DNA of 64,000 nt from Asterionella formosa (Eukaryota). Numbering within the stretch: the stretch's first letter is position 1; each line of letters begins with the position of its first letter. This document shows positions 10,490-22,700 of the stretch, one piece after another. A program made the translations under genes and the position numbers. The stretch is from the NCBI GenBank assembly GCA_002256025.1, contig NKIB01012750.1, positions 1 through 64,000 of the forward strand, given 5' to 3'. A model generated the notes under the pieces. It did no database searches. It saw only the letters and a list, made by a program, of their open reading frames with translations, and was not told the origin of the DNA.

Positions 10490-12139
10490 ATGATTGAGCC
10501 TTGGATGATGACGGGGCTCAGCATCAGCAATACCAGCATTGCCATTGTGTTGGCATGGATGATTTACACCATCTTGTCAATGTTGAACAACAGCACAACA
10601 AAGAATCTACCACCATGAGTAATTTCCTTTTGGCCATTCCTAGGATCTGCTTTGGAATTTGGTAACGATTGTCAAGCCTTTCTTGACAAGTACTTTTCGA
10701 GATTCCAATCTCCACTGTTCTCTGCAATGATTGCTGGTAAAGTTATTCATTTTGTGCATTACCCAGATCTGACACCAGAGCGACTCTTTCGATTCGAAAA
10801 GCAACTGAACTTCCTTCCAATTGCCAATGATGCCATTGACTGTCTCGTTGGGAGGAGAGACAAGGAATTAACAGACACGATCAACACCAAGTGACAAGCC
10901 AATTTGATTCATCAGCACGCCAGGTCACAAGGATTGGCCAACATGTTACAGAAGGCGCAGCGAGTTCTACTCACTGCAGTGCCAGATACTTTGGGCGAGT
11001 CTTGTTATCATGGAGGGTTGAATGACTTTGTTTGGAAACAACTTTGGCCAATATCCTTGGCAGCAGTGGGAGCAGCTGAAAGCACAAGCGCTATTGCCAC
11101 AGAGGAGGTGGTCCCATACTGCCTTTAGAGCTTTAGACAGAGCATTTCCTTTTTTAGTTTCAGGGGTGACAAAATATATGGAATCCAACGAGTCGAGAAT
11201 CAATATTCTTAGTAGTGATTAGAAACCAAGACCCAAAAACATTTCGACATTTATAAACGTTTTCAGCTTTAGTGATCTTAAAAGTGAGATCTGTGATATT
11301 TCAACTAGACAATTTAACACAGGGGCGCCCATTGCTTTCTTTCCAGCTGCCAACTGTGGTAGACAGTATTTGATAAATGCCATGGCTGACATGAAATTTC
11401 TCTTATCGCAAACAGGTCTCTGTCAGGACCATTATAACGAAGCGAAGCGGATGGGGATAACTGATCTCAAAGACTTTGGCAGACTTCAACTTGTTCTTTT
11501 ATGGACTGTCATTGCGAATACAGCACAAACTGCGTTTTGGGAAATATTTCACATTCTCCATGATCCTGAGGCAAAACGAGCAGTCCAGAAAGAGGTGGAA
11601 AATTTTGTTATTGAAAAAAAAAAGAACTACGCGTCGAACAGTTGGATCAATTGCATGCTTTGCATTCATGTATTCAAGAAACTCTGCAACACTATTTGGA
11701 GAGTATGATTATTCAACAAGTGATGAAAGACTTTGAGTTGGACCTAGGCGTGGAAGGATTGGGCAAGTATACCCTTCTGAAGGGAACAAGGGTTGCTATC
11801 ATAATGAGTCGTTTGCATATGGATGGCGCAGTCTTTGAAAATCTCCACACATTCAAATGGGATCCGTTCATTGATCCAACCAAGATCTTTTCCAAGAATG
11901 GAAATGCGTTGCCTAATCCAGTGCGTCCCTTTGGGGGAGGATCATCAATTTGTCCTGGTCGAAACTTTGCCGTTTACGAACTAAAATTATTTCTTGCAAG
12001 ACTTTTCTGTGACTATGAAATTGAGTTGATCAATAACAATATTCCTCGTGTGGATTAGACAAGAATTGGACTTGGCATATACGGACCAGAAGCAGATGTG
12101 AAGATTCGAGTGACGAGGCGATATGAAGAGCAAAGTTGA
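10490..12139 (+). pseudogene. Cytochrome P450 pseudogene, CYP7/CYP8-like
   Basis: N-terminal TM and PP*VISFWPFLGSALEFG; I-helix WTVIANTAQTAFW; heme motif PFGGGSSICPGRNFA. In-frame stops at 10616, 10892 and 12056; frameshifts near 11060 and 11630. Confidence 0.88.
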
Positions 12140-12495
12140 TCGGGTATTAGTACATTTTGTTGTTTTTAGTTGCATACAGGATTGAATTAGAACCCGACGA
12201 AGTAGTTAATCACAAGCCCATTGGTTCACTGTGTCCTTTTCGTACTAAGCTACCCTTCGGACCCTCATATTATATTTTTTCCAATGTTACATTCTACTAC
12301 AGTGCCATTGTTTTTTTTAACCAAATATACAAACATTAACAGCTGCTTGGCTCTAAGATGTGCAGCTACAAAAAGTGAACTTGTGAGTTTTATTTCAGTG
12401 ATTTTGTTCATATGTAGTAATACTTTTCATTTCAAGTTTGAGAATAACATATCCATTAAAAACGTTGTAAATGTCAGCGAACTCTTTTTGGATCA

Positions 12496-14746
12496 CTACT
12501 TGCTAGCACCAGGATGGTATTGTGGAAAGTTTTGAAGAAAATTCTCTTTCGTTGCTTCCCATACACTCACTTGTTCACTCGAGGCTTCCTTCATTGCCGA
12601 ACAAATAATTTTCATACTATTACTCCATTCTGTTCGTCGTTCAAAAGAAATTCGATTCACTTCACTTTTTAAAATGGTTCCAATGACATCACATTGTGTT
12701 ACAGCATCCACTGCAATTTCATCACTCATGGTGGCATCCCTCTCCATTGACGAAAGTTGCATCATCGTCGTCGTGCCCACCATGGATCTTTGTTGAATCA
12801 ACAATCGCTGAGCACGCTGATCGGCTTTTCCTCGTTCTTTGGTTCGTTTGATCAATGCCGCACGTCGATCATAAAAGGCTAATTTCTCATACCGACATAG
12901 CTTGTATTGTGTGACAAAGGAATGCATGGCAGCTGCCAATTCTGTGGCCAATCGCTTTTGACGACGAGAACCTCGCAATAATCCTCCGGCCAAAATTTCA
13001 ATTGGGACACTCAAGTCTCGATCAGAGGCACTTTCTACTTCTTTGCTCAATTTGCCCAATTCGATGCCCACTGCACCAGCTGATTCACCATATTCTCGTA
13101 GCAATGTAATAGCACCTTCCAGCTTTGGAACGGCTTGAATGACAGCCCCCATACGCAAGCCTTCGCTACTTGCCAAAGCGAGTAGTTCGGCATTGTCTTC
13201 CAACATTTCTTGTGGATTTTCCCAAGGCATTTTGTGTGAGTCAAGCGAGGTGGTGGCCAATGTACTGACTGCTCCTAGTCTTGTCAAGGCATTGTTGGAA
13301 ACTTCAGGCCATGCCGTTCCCATATCATCTTGTAGGGCCAAAAACAGTCTCAAGCATGCAGATTTTCCCGCGAGAGGGTGATGGGCCAATGCATTCAAAT
13401 ACACTTCCAATTCTGCACATCGTTGAATGGCAAATTCAGCCGTTTGCAGAGTAGAAGCTTCTTCAATAGCACGAGAGACGTGTTTGTCAGGTCTACAGTG
13501 ATTTGCGTCCGGAATTTTGTGAGATTTGTGTGTGAGTGCATGGTACTTCCCAGAAAAAATGATACATGATCTACCTTTTACCAATGGGTACATAGTCTTA
13601 CCTTGGTGGCAAAATGGCTCCCTTGCATTCTTCCCTCATTTTTTCTTCCAGTGTTACTACATGTCGAAATCTTCTTCTAACCAACCAACATCCTCCTTCC
13701 TTCAAGGTGGTCTGCACTTGATAGGTCCAATGAGGTGGTTGTATGTTAAGAAAGGAATACGGTTGAATCAAAAGCGGTTCACTGACTGCAACTTTTCCAT
13801 AAATGGGTTCCACAGTGGGTGGACGTGAAATGGGTGGCAATCTGACGTTGTATGGTTGTGATGTCGTTGAATTGTGCATGCCAGCTGTAACATTGGGAGG
13901 GATTGGTGGCACAGGAAGTCGTGACACCACGTGAGTTTGGACGGATCCTCCAGACTGACTGTAAACATAAGTATTGTTATGAGGCTGCTGCTGCTGCTGC
14001 TGCAAAGGAGGTGGATGATCCCGATAAAAGCCATGGTCTGGTGTGAGATTGGTTTGACCATAGTTGATGGGTGCTGGTGACTGGAGCGGGATCGTCTGCA
14101 TGCTGGAAGTTTGTTCTTGCTGTTGGATAGGAGGAGGATTACTTGTAGGATAATCTCGATAGAATCCATTATCTGGTGTCGTCATGGTGGTGTTATGCTG
14201 TCCACCCGCGTATATCATGTTAGGAGGTGGCACAGCAGCAGGAGGATATGATTGTTGCATGCCATATCCTCCCGACATCATGGCTGCTAGTTGCTGCTGC
14301 TGTAACTGAGCTTGCATCAAAGCTGCTTGTTGTTGCTGTTGCTGCTGCAGCTGAGCTTGTTTTTGCTGTTGCTGTTGAAGGATCAACATTCGCTCTTGAT
14401 CCATTCGTTGTAATTCAGCTTCTTGCATTTTGCGCTCTTCTTGCATTTGTCGTTGACGATCTTCTTCTTCTGCTCGATCCATTTCATCAAAAAGACCTCC
14501 ATTTGTTGTTGTAGGTGCTGTAAGTAGCAACCCACTACTTGCCAACAATGACATTGATGCAGTTGGTATCGTGGTGGAAGAAGTCTGTCCCACAGCAGGA
14601 GCAGAAACAGTACCTGTAGCAGTACCCAGCATCAAGGTAGTGTCTTCCTCTATGATGGATCCAAACAAATCATGATCTGGAGACGACGAACGATTATTTT
14701 CTGCTGCAGTTAAGGAAGCTAACAAGTCATGTGCCTTATGTGACAT
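12496..14746 (-). CDS. PX-BAR sorting nexin (SNX1/Vps5-like) with Q/P-rich N-terminus; exons 14746-13602 and 13492-12496
   Basis: PX motifs VRRRFRHVVTLEE and ILPPR|PDKH joined across GT-AG intron 13601-13493 (spliced length 713 aa, in frame). QRCAELEVYL and LRLFL are followed by a helical BAR-like region ending SEVNRISFERRTEW. Confidence 0.88.
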
Positions 14747-15423
14747 GATTGATGGATAACGGAGAGAGACAAGGTGAATAACAATGAAAACAAGTTTGTG
14801 CTCCGAGCTGCTCGAGAATGCGTTTTGTTTCGCTCAACCTTTTTCCAGATGGTTCGATGCATTTATATTTTCTACTCGTCTTATTTTACAGTGGTACAAG
14901 GTACTAGGGGTACCAGTACTGGTACCTGGTACCGTAGACTACCAGGTACCAGGTACTATACCGTAGTGATCTTACAAAGATACCGAAACATCATACGGGG
15001 AACGTGAATGAAATATGGAATATGGAGAATGTACATGACCTTTCGCTCGTCCGTTGGATTCAGATTTCCTTATTACCGGTTTCTACGAACATACAGAACA
15101 ATGCACACACTCCGCCCTTAAATTTCTTTACAAAGTATTCCGGCACAGCCGACTACGTATGTACGCAGTACCATGATTGGTTTCTGCTGCGGAGTGCACA
15201 CGACCCACGTAAATGATGTTACAGCACCCACGCAAATTACACTCCTTATCGATGGTGTGTCTGATGATGCTGTCTCCAGTCGTTGTTGTTTTTTGATCAT
15301 TCCGCTACTGGTACTGGTAACGGTTCCCGTAGTGTTGAAGAAGTAGAAGACACAAGACGTGGAAATCACAAAATGGACTTGCAGCTGATGATACAATATA
15401 CCACTACCGGTATATGTACTTCG

Positions 15424-15597
15424 CATCTAAGCCACATATTACATGAAGTAACCTTCACATAAATAATCCTAATTGATTTTGAATGGATCACATGAATTAG
15501 GTGAAAACATCAAAATGCGTACTTGAATATATCAATACATCATCTGAATTCATCACATTAACTATTTGATCAAATCACTAGTATATTACATGATCAA
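15424..15597 (-). mobile_element. Inverted terminal fragment of the CATCTAAGCC TIR family
   Basis: Begins CATCTAAGCCACATATTACATGAAG; the reverse complement matches 1-122 and ~9445-9626. Confidence 0.7.
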
Positions 15598-15670
15598 AAA
15601 TTGAAACTCACTTCTTATAACATGCTTTCTAGCAAAGACCATGGAGTTGCACATGGAATTTCATAGCACG

Positions 15671-15875
15671 GCCTGCCAACTAGACCATGTACTTCCCTAG
15701 TTTTCTTAGTGTAGGTGAGTCCCCAGCCAACCATCGTTTGTGAAAATCATAGCTGCCGCATTATGGGAAACTCCAACCGCCTATGAAGGCGGCACACTGC
15801 TTGTAGGGGGGGGGGGGCCACCATCTTTTCCTTGCACACAAGCCAGGCAAAACCGTGCGGATCGCTCGCTTGGTG
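15671..15875 (-). mobile_element. Body of a SINE-like repeat shared with 56611-56785
   Basis: The reverse complement shares TTGCCTGG..TGTGCAAG, CCCCTACAAGCAG and GGGGACTCACCTACACTAA..AAAACTAGGGAAG with 56611-56785. Confidence 0.7.
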
Positions 15876-15924
15876 ATATGATGACATAAATAGCAAGCAA
15901 ATTAATCTTACCTAAAAGCATCCA

Positions 15925-15989
15925 GGGGGATTGCTTAGTTGGTTAGCACGCCTTCACAGGTAGCGGGTTCGATTCCTGAATTCTCCGCC
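15925..15989 (+). mobile_element. Degenerate tRNA-like sequence (Pol III A/B boxes), probable SINE head or tRNA pseudogene
   Basis: GGGGGATTGCTTAGTTGGTTAGCACGCC...GGTAGCGGGTTCGATTCCTGAATTCTCCG has an A-box-like D arm and canonical GGTTCGATTCC, but the anticodon arm is collapsed. Confidence 0.55.
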
Positions 15990-16811
15990 TGTCTTTCGTT
16001 TTCATTTAGTCCCTAGGGTTCCGGGGGTGAGGCTAATGAATTAACAAAGACAGAATCCCATTGTACCATACGGACGATTAAAACCGGTACAGATACCCGC
16101 ACACCAACGCCCAAAGTCACCATGTTTGTTGGGATGATCCTGGGTTGGTAAGTTAGTACATAAGTACACATGCACATCAGGACTGGCAGCACCAGGAAGC
16201 GCTACATGGTCTACCCTTCTAGCAAAGGAGTAGTCTTAAAGCGCTTAATACAAGTTTTTTTGAGTTTTGAGAATGTATAGCAAAGTAAGCAATTTTTGCT
16301 TACTTTTGCTTACCAGTCATTGTCATTTGGTTTATTAGCCATTTGCCCATGCTTTGATGTTTCCTTGTTTGGATGAATAAATCTGTAAATCACTAAGTTG
16401 TGATACAGAAAATTTTCAAATGACAGTCAATTGATGACATTCTCGATGTATGATGAACATAAGTATCTGTCTATCCTCATGTTGTCCATTCAAGCAAAAT
16501 TTACACTGCCACTTGCATGTAATCATGTGCTTTGCTGCATTTGCTTTGATGCTAGCTTCGCTGCTGCCTACCAAATTTTTGACTAGCACTACTCCACAGT
16601 TGCTCTTGTGCAATTTTGTAAAGGATATTTTCTATGATGCCTTTATACTGCAAACCTGCAAAAGTTTATTTTAGGGCTACAGATATATACCAGTATACTA
16701 ATGCCTGAGCAGTATGGTTTTCTGAAACAGTGCAAACAGTATACCTAGCTACTGGTATACTGATCCAGCAAATCCCAGGTCTTCATTCAATTTTGCAGCA
16801 TACTGCCAACA

Positions 16812-17251
16812 CAGGGAGGTACAGGAAACTCTGTACTTCCTCACCATGTGGAAAATTCCTTTATGTGTATCATGTACAGACCTTGCTGTTTATTTTCGAA
16901 ATATCATGCAAAATTCTAGCTGCACATTCCACTGCAAAAAAGTATGCACGACTATCATTTTGTCAAAGTGAGTTTGAGCTCTGATATGGGATTAAACATT
17001 CAGGGGCAATATGAGCATCCATTCCAATACACAACAAGATATCATATATACCTGATATTATCACACTGAGAAAGTTCAAATGAAGCAAAAGAACAGGAAA
17101 ACCTGGATATGCGACGTTTTTGGGGGTTCTTTTGGAAACTTCACATTCTTTTGCAGTGGTCCTTTTGAAAACATGATGCAAGGTCAATTTTAAATAAAGC
17201 ACAGTTTTGGTATGTGACTTTTTGCACTTCGGAGTTTCTGTCAACTCCCAG
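16812..17251 (+). mobile_element. MITE, probably Tc1/mariner-derived (more decayed copy)
   Basis: Colinear with 57609-58099. Imperfect TIRs CAGGGAGGTACAGGAAAC ... GTTTCTGTCAACTCCCAG, followed by TA. Confidence 0.7.
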
Positions 17252-17292
17252 TAGGTGACTGACCTATGGTGTATACTATTAAAAAAATCATA

Positions 17293-19032
17293 TTACACAG
17301 GAATGGCCATAAGATCATATTGAAAATTCTCATTCCAATTCCCCGTTGTGTCTCGGAGCATTGATACCATAGCCTTATGGTATCCAGATGGAATATAATG
17401 ATCATCAACCAAGGTACGTGAAAATTCAATGGATTGAAAAAACTCACAGGGAGTGTATGTACCCATATATCCAGAACTACTGCCATCTCGAAATAAATGA
17501 AGACAGGTTCCCGGTGGGATCAAAACAATGGGAAGTCGATCTTTTGGAACCTTGTTAAAATAAGGCACTTCATTTTTTTGCATACCTACTTTGACCCAAT
17601 CCATTATTCGAGCCTTTGGTATTTCAAAAAACACAGTTTCATTTAAGAAATCAAGAAATAGGTCGACATCGACCAATCCCTTTGGTGTCCAATCATAACT
17701 CATTATATCCAAAAACAAGTTTGCCATGGATGCTCCACTCATACGTGGAACAACATCGGCATCACTTATCACAGTTATTATGTATTCCTTCGTCGATACA
17801 CTCAATTCGAGATTTAGCAAGGCAGGACAACCAAAACCAATACTATTGGCATGAATCCAGGGATAGTTGTTAAATTCCATTGCAGCAATGGCAGCAGCAC
17901 CTGCTCCCAAGGAATGTCCAACCAATGTGAGCCTAATGGAATCACGTTGAGAAACATTCAATAAGTGATGGAGGGTATCAATGTGTTGTTTGACAAGGAA
18001 TTGACCCGAAGCTTCTATCCCACCATGAACTTTGCCATTCCGATAATCTTTTGGAATTAACAATCCATCGGATAAAGCATCCCCTAATTCCTTGGTCCCC
18101 CGAACAACAAAAAGTATTTCAAGTTCACGTGATGGCTTGTTAGTAGTTTTTTGCCATGGTATTAGAGGTGGCAGTGGTTGTTGCTGGGTGGAGGATTCTT
18201 TTTTGAGTGCTAGAAAGTGGGCTGGTTCACCAGGAAAGCCTTCAGTCGTGGCATATATCAATTCATGACTGTGATTGCTAAATCGGTGTATGCCATGTTG
18301 AATATCTTCCAACGTCTTGGCATATGCCAATTGAGACAAGTACAAGGCATTGTGCAATTCATGAAGTGTTTTGACTTCGTCGAGTACCTTGTGATATCGA
18401 TGATATCGACGTTTCCAACTTGGTGTAGTACGTTCTTCTTCTCTTTCCACAAAGTAATAAATGGAAAGAGGATTGAATCGTTCCAAAGATACTTCATCCA
18501 AGACGGACGCCTTGAATTGTAAGAAACACTCTTGTAAGTTTGTAGTGAAAAGTTCCCACAACTGTTGCATCGAACGTCGAGTACGAACATTGGTAGCAGA
18601 GAATTGTCGTGCCGTGAATATGAGATGTTCTAAAGAAGTATGGTCGGAGGAATCCTCATTCATTACCATATTTGTGACAGATTGTGCCATGGAAAGTAAG
18701 GAAGGGCCGTTGTCGTTCGATGTACTTGGTTCGGATCCAAAGAGTTGGTCAAACTGGTCTGCTGGTGAAGCATCCTCGTTCCCCTTTGAGAATTGATTGA
18801 ATACATTCGTTTCTAGAAATTTCTTCCCCATGCCGACTTGCTCATCCAGCCAAGTTCCGAAGACATCAAAGACTGTGGCGTCATTTTCGTTGTGGAAATG
18901 ACGTGTGTCGCCAGTTGCAGCGTCGACCTCCGCTTCCTGTTGTGCGTTCGAGGGCAAGCACAGCAACAGGAATGGTACAAGGATGTGCATGACTACCAGC
19001 ACCACAAATAGTCTGTAACTCAGTGATCTCAT
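17293..19032 (-). CDS. Secreted or membrane class-3 lipase (DAG-lipase-like alpha/beta hydrolase)
   Basis: Hydrophobic N-terminus (start ATG 19032 or 18990); motifs VVRGT, VHGGI, nucleophile LVGHSLGAG, DVVPR and C-terminal DDHYI. Confidence 0.88.
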   Translation of the reverse strand: MRSLSYRLFVVLVVMHILVPFLLLCLPSNAQQEAEVDAATGDTRHFHNENDATVFDVFGTWLDEQVGMGKKFLETNVFNQFSKGNEDASPADQFDQLFGSEPSTSNDNGPSLLSMAQSVTNMVMNEDSSDHTSLEHLIFTARQFSATNVRTRRSMQQLWELFTTNLQECFLQFKASVLDEVSLERFNPLSIYYFVEREEERTTPSWKRRYHRYHKVLDEVKTLHELHNALYLSQLAYAKTLEDIQHGIHRFSNHSHELIYATTEGFPGEPAHFLALKKESSTQQQPLPPLIPWQKTTNKPSRELEILFVVRGTKELGDALSDGLLIPKDYRNGKVHGGIEASGQFLVKQHIDTLHHLLNVSQRDSIRLTLVGHSLGAGAAAIAAMEFNNYPWIHANSIGFGCPALLNLELSVSTKEYIITVISDADVVPRMSGASMANLFLDIMSYDWTPKGLVDVDLFLDFLNETVFFEIPKARIMDWVKVGMQKNEVPYFNKVPKDRLPIVLIPPGTCLHLFRDGSSSGYMGTYTPCEFFQSIEFSRTLVDDHYIPSGYHKAMVSMLRDTTGNWNENFQYDLMAIPV

Positions 19033-19259
19033 TGCGACTGGGCCTCTTTCTAGAATAGAGAGTATGATTTGACCATCAAATGCAGCTTTGTCCCTGCGAT
19101 ACACTCACATCTCGAGAATCTTGCAAGAAAGCAATAATAATGGTAAAGATTTAGCAGAGAAATTCCGATCCAAAAATTATGTTTCAATCGCACTTGATCT
19201 TTTCATATTACAACAAGGAGGTGTAGTCTACCGTACACAGTTCCGGTATTGCTGCGATG

Positions 19260-19348
19260 GAACGGCGCTATTTGACTCATTTGACTATATTCGAGCCCAC
19301 AGTCCTCGTGACTCGTGATAGTCATAGATGCAACATTTTTTCTCGACA
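19260..19348 (-). mobile_element. 5' part of a related copia-LTR-like sequence upstream of the lipase
   Basis: Starts TGT and shares GCATC...GAGTCAC[G/A]AGGACTGTGG...TAGTC[A/C]AATGAG with both LTRs, then diverges. Confidence 0.5.
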
Positions 19349-19496
19349 CAAAATACATAATGGGGTTGCTATATTTCTTCACCTTTATTACATGTATATT
19401 TAGTAGGTCATATGGTGTACAAATTTGGGATACCATGACGGAATAACAGACTTTTTTGATAGTTGGACATCAGGCCATTCCATCTACAATAGGTAC

Positions 19497-19785
19497 CTGC
19501 AATGTGTGAGTCTTGAGGTAGCATTTGATTACAATAAGGGATATTATAGGATGCTCCACATTGTAGTAGGTCCCTTAAGATACATGTAGTGGCTTTGATC
19601 ATTTTGAGGTCCCAAACTGCCATTACGCAAGAAAGTACCCATGATATGTGAGTCTTCAGGTAGTCTTTTATTTCAATCAGTGGTATGATAGGATGCTCCA
19701 TTTTGTAGTAGGTCCTTTAAGAACTTCCATGCAGTGGCTTTGATCCTTTGGATGCCCCCAACCGCCATTAGGAGTAACTTTCCTT
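19497..19785. repeat. Degenerate tandem duplication (~142 bp period) of the mannosidase/GnT-II gene 3' end
   Basis: GTGAGTCTT-AGGTAG, AGGATGCTCCA, TTGTAGTAGGTCC and AGTGGCTTTGATC each occur twice; AGGATGCTCCA is at 19548 and 19690. Confidence 0.8.
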
Positions 19786-22700
19786 ACAACTGGATTTCCA
19801 ACCATGGGGTAATAGCTGGTACCAGTAAAGTTTTGAGGGAGCTGATATTCCTTCATCTTTTTCTGCTTGATTTTGGATATCGACTTGCCATGCATACCCT
19901 CAAGTCCTATGTGTTTGACCAGCATCCTTGTTGAGGTGATTACCATTGATGGTAAGAGCCTCTTCTGCATTAAATGCACAAGGGACCAGTCCCAATTGTA
20001 ATCATCAACGACACAAAAATCCTTGGCATTGGTTTGAATCTTGGCCCATGTGTTCCTTGTTAACACCATTGGACCACTAACAAAGGGCCGTACGAACCAC
20101 CCATCCTGGCGCATCCCAAGGTCAGGCCGTGATTGACCGTCGGTTGGATCCAATGTGATGCCAAAGAGGTGATCTTTGTCAATCCCGTTAGTTATAATGT
20201 CCAAAGCTGTCAGGATGTTTTTGTAGATATTATTGCCCACGGTATAATCCTCTTCCATGAACAAAAAGGCCTCCGCTTTTATGTCCAATGAAAAAACGGA
20301 CTTGAGCATCCACGTGAAATGATGCTTACAGCAAGTGATTTCCCAAGTTCGGGGATTCTTGTACAAATCACCTTCATAGCCGATATTCAGAGTTGGATCG
20401 TTTCCAGGAAAAGAATGAGGATTATCATGACAGGAAAAATTGTGAACAAGTTGCATCACAATGAATTCCTCCTTGAGAGTCTCGACATATTCCATCATTT
20501 CTGGAACATGCCCATCATGCGAGAATATAAGAGGAACACGAGCGCGATCAAAGTCAGAGGCTCGAATAGAAGCGATCACCTGTTTCAGATAATCAACCCG
20601 TTTAAACACCATGAAGACAAAAGGGACAATGGGAGAAGTATCATCAATTGAAGCGACCTTCACGGTGATATTTGTGTAAGATACCTCCTTCGCACTTCTG
20701 AGAGCACGCTTGTCAAGGGTTTTATTTCTGTTTTGAAATTTCGGAAAAATATGAGCAGCATTGATCAATTTGTTCGATTTCGAAAATTTGTTAGCGGCGT
20801 TGGCCGGTTTTATCTCATCGTACCTTCGCCTTGCAGTCTTGCTTGATACTTCACCTGTGACTGCTGCGGCGGACTCGAAAGCAAGCTTCCCAAATGACTC
20901 TAGAGGGTGATTCAATTCATCCCACATGCGACGGCAAAGTGGTGTAACGTCGAATTCTCCATTGATGTTGAACCCTTCATATTCAAGGACGAGTCGAAGC
21001 TTTGTCCGTGTTGGCACATTGTCCATTACTCCATGACCAAGTCCACGCTCGTCGTCATGACTAAGTCGGCGATCCAACCAAACGTCAATGGCACCATTCT
21101 CCAAAGAAGCCGTTCCCTGTGCATGCTCACTAATGATTGTCATTCTCATGGATCCATCTTGTATTGAAGCTAGCGTCGGCATGGGGAAAACTTGGGACTG
21201 GATAGGCATATCTGAACGAAAATAATGTGTATCAAAGTTAAAACCATTCAAGTCAGTATGAAAAATACCATCGTTTTTAATATCCGCCGAGAATCGAACA
21301 ACCCACTCCTCCTCTGTCGTTTGAAGATAAGTTTCAAAAATAAAATCCAAAACATGAGCTGAATTGCCAAAGTCATCGGATACTCTTTTTTCCACCAGTG
21401 TTCGTTTCCAATCGCCATCATCGATCGACCATCCATCGCTTGTTACTTGAGGATCTATCAAATGGCGTTTATTTAGTATTCCAGGAAAGAACAAATAAGC
21501 TCCACCTCTGTTGACCTTCCATACTTGCCATGATTCCTTGATTGGATATGTCAGGAGACCTGCTTCAAATTGATAAAGATTTGCCTTGTTTGCGACTGGT
21601 CCAGGATGTTCACATGGAGAAAATACCTTGGCATTTGAATGCCCTTGTACGTGTATAGATCCACATGTTTGAGGCACCTCCAATGGATTGTAGACAGTGA
21701 CACCTTGAGAGAAATTTCCGCAAAGGTTTTGCGCAAGTCCACGAGGTGCATCAGACTGCCAACACGGCTGCAAGTCATTATTACTGTCGCCGAGGATCTT
21801 CGTTATCATCCAATCTTGCGTCTGGTGTATGGCGGTATGAATCCGTTTGGCATAATCAAGAACCACATTATTCCTGGCCGTGCCAGTGACACCATCATGA
21901 TGTTGAAAGAGAGAAAGGGCACGTCGAGGCTGCTGTAATTCTTTGGTTGATGCTCCCAACGTATCTGCTGCAAATAATACTCGTTCTAATTTCCGATCAA
22001 GTGCCTTATCAAACACACGAGATGTAAAGTATCCGGACCAATAATCTTGATCTCGATCAGCATAGGTAAAAAATGATCCCTTTAGAATCGGTACATCAAA
22101 GGTACCCATTACAGCATGAAAATAGTCGGAAAGTGTCCCAAATTGCGCGGTAACCCCAGGGACATTGGCGTTAATGTACTGGAATATTTTTTCATAATTG
22201 GAATATTGTGCATCTGCTTCCTCCATGCTACCATATCGAAAGTCATCTCCTAAGGGTGACATAACTACACGGCTTTTATACAAAGAAGATTTTTTTTGCC
22301 ATTGGTCCAATAGCAGCATACTCCGTTCATGAACATTGATCTCAGTAATAGGTTGTGGTTGTTGGTGCCAAGGACACGCCTGATGTAAATTTCTGTCAAG
22401 CATCCGGGAAAAGTCAAATTGACAACACACAGACGGATCTGGTCCACACGTATGTGGCGCGTCGTAGCTATAAAAGGGCATGAGATGTGTAAAAATATCA
22501 TGATTTCCAGTATCATCCCAAGTTTGTCTGAGGAGTAGGTTGAGATAACAACCAAATGGTATTTAGGCACTATGTATAAATAGTACATTTAGAACGAACA
22601 CAAAAAATTAAGACACGTACCGCCACATGAATTCCAAGTGTTGACGTTGTGCCAATTCTTTCTTAATGGCATAATGGACCCGTTGAATCAACATGCCTTG

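Noticed and set aside
15925..15989. Functional tRNA gene (also 56495-56610)
   Set aside because: No well-formed anticodon arm or full cloverleaf; treated as SINE head or pseudogene.
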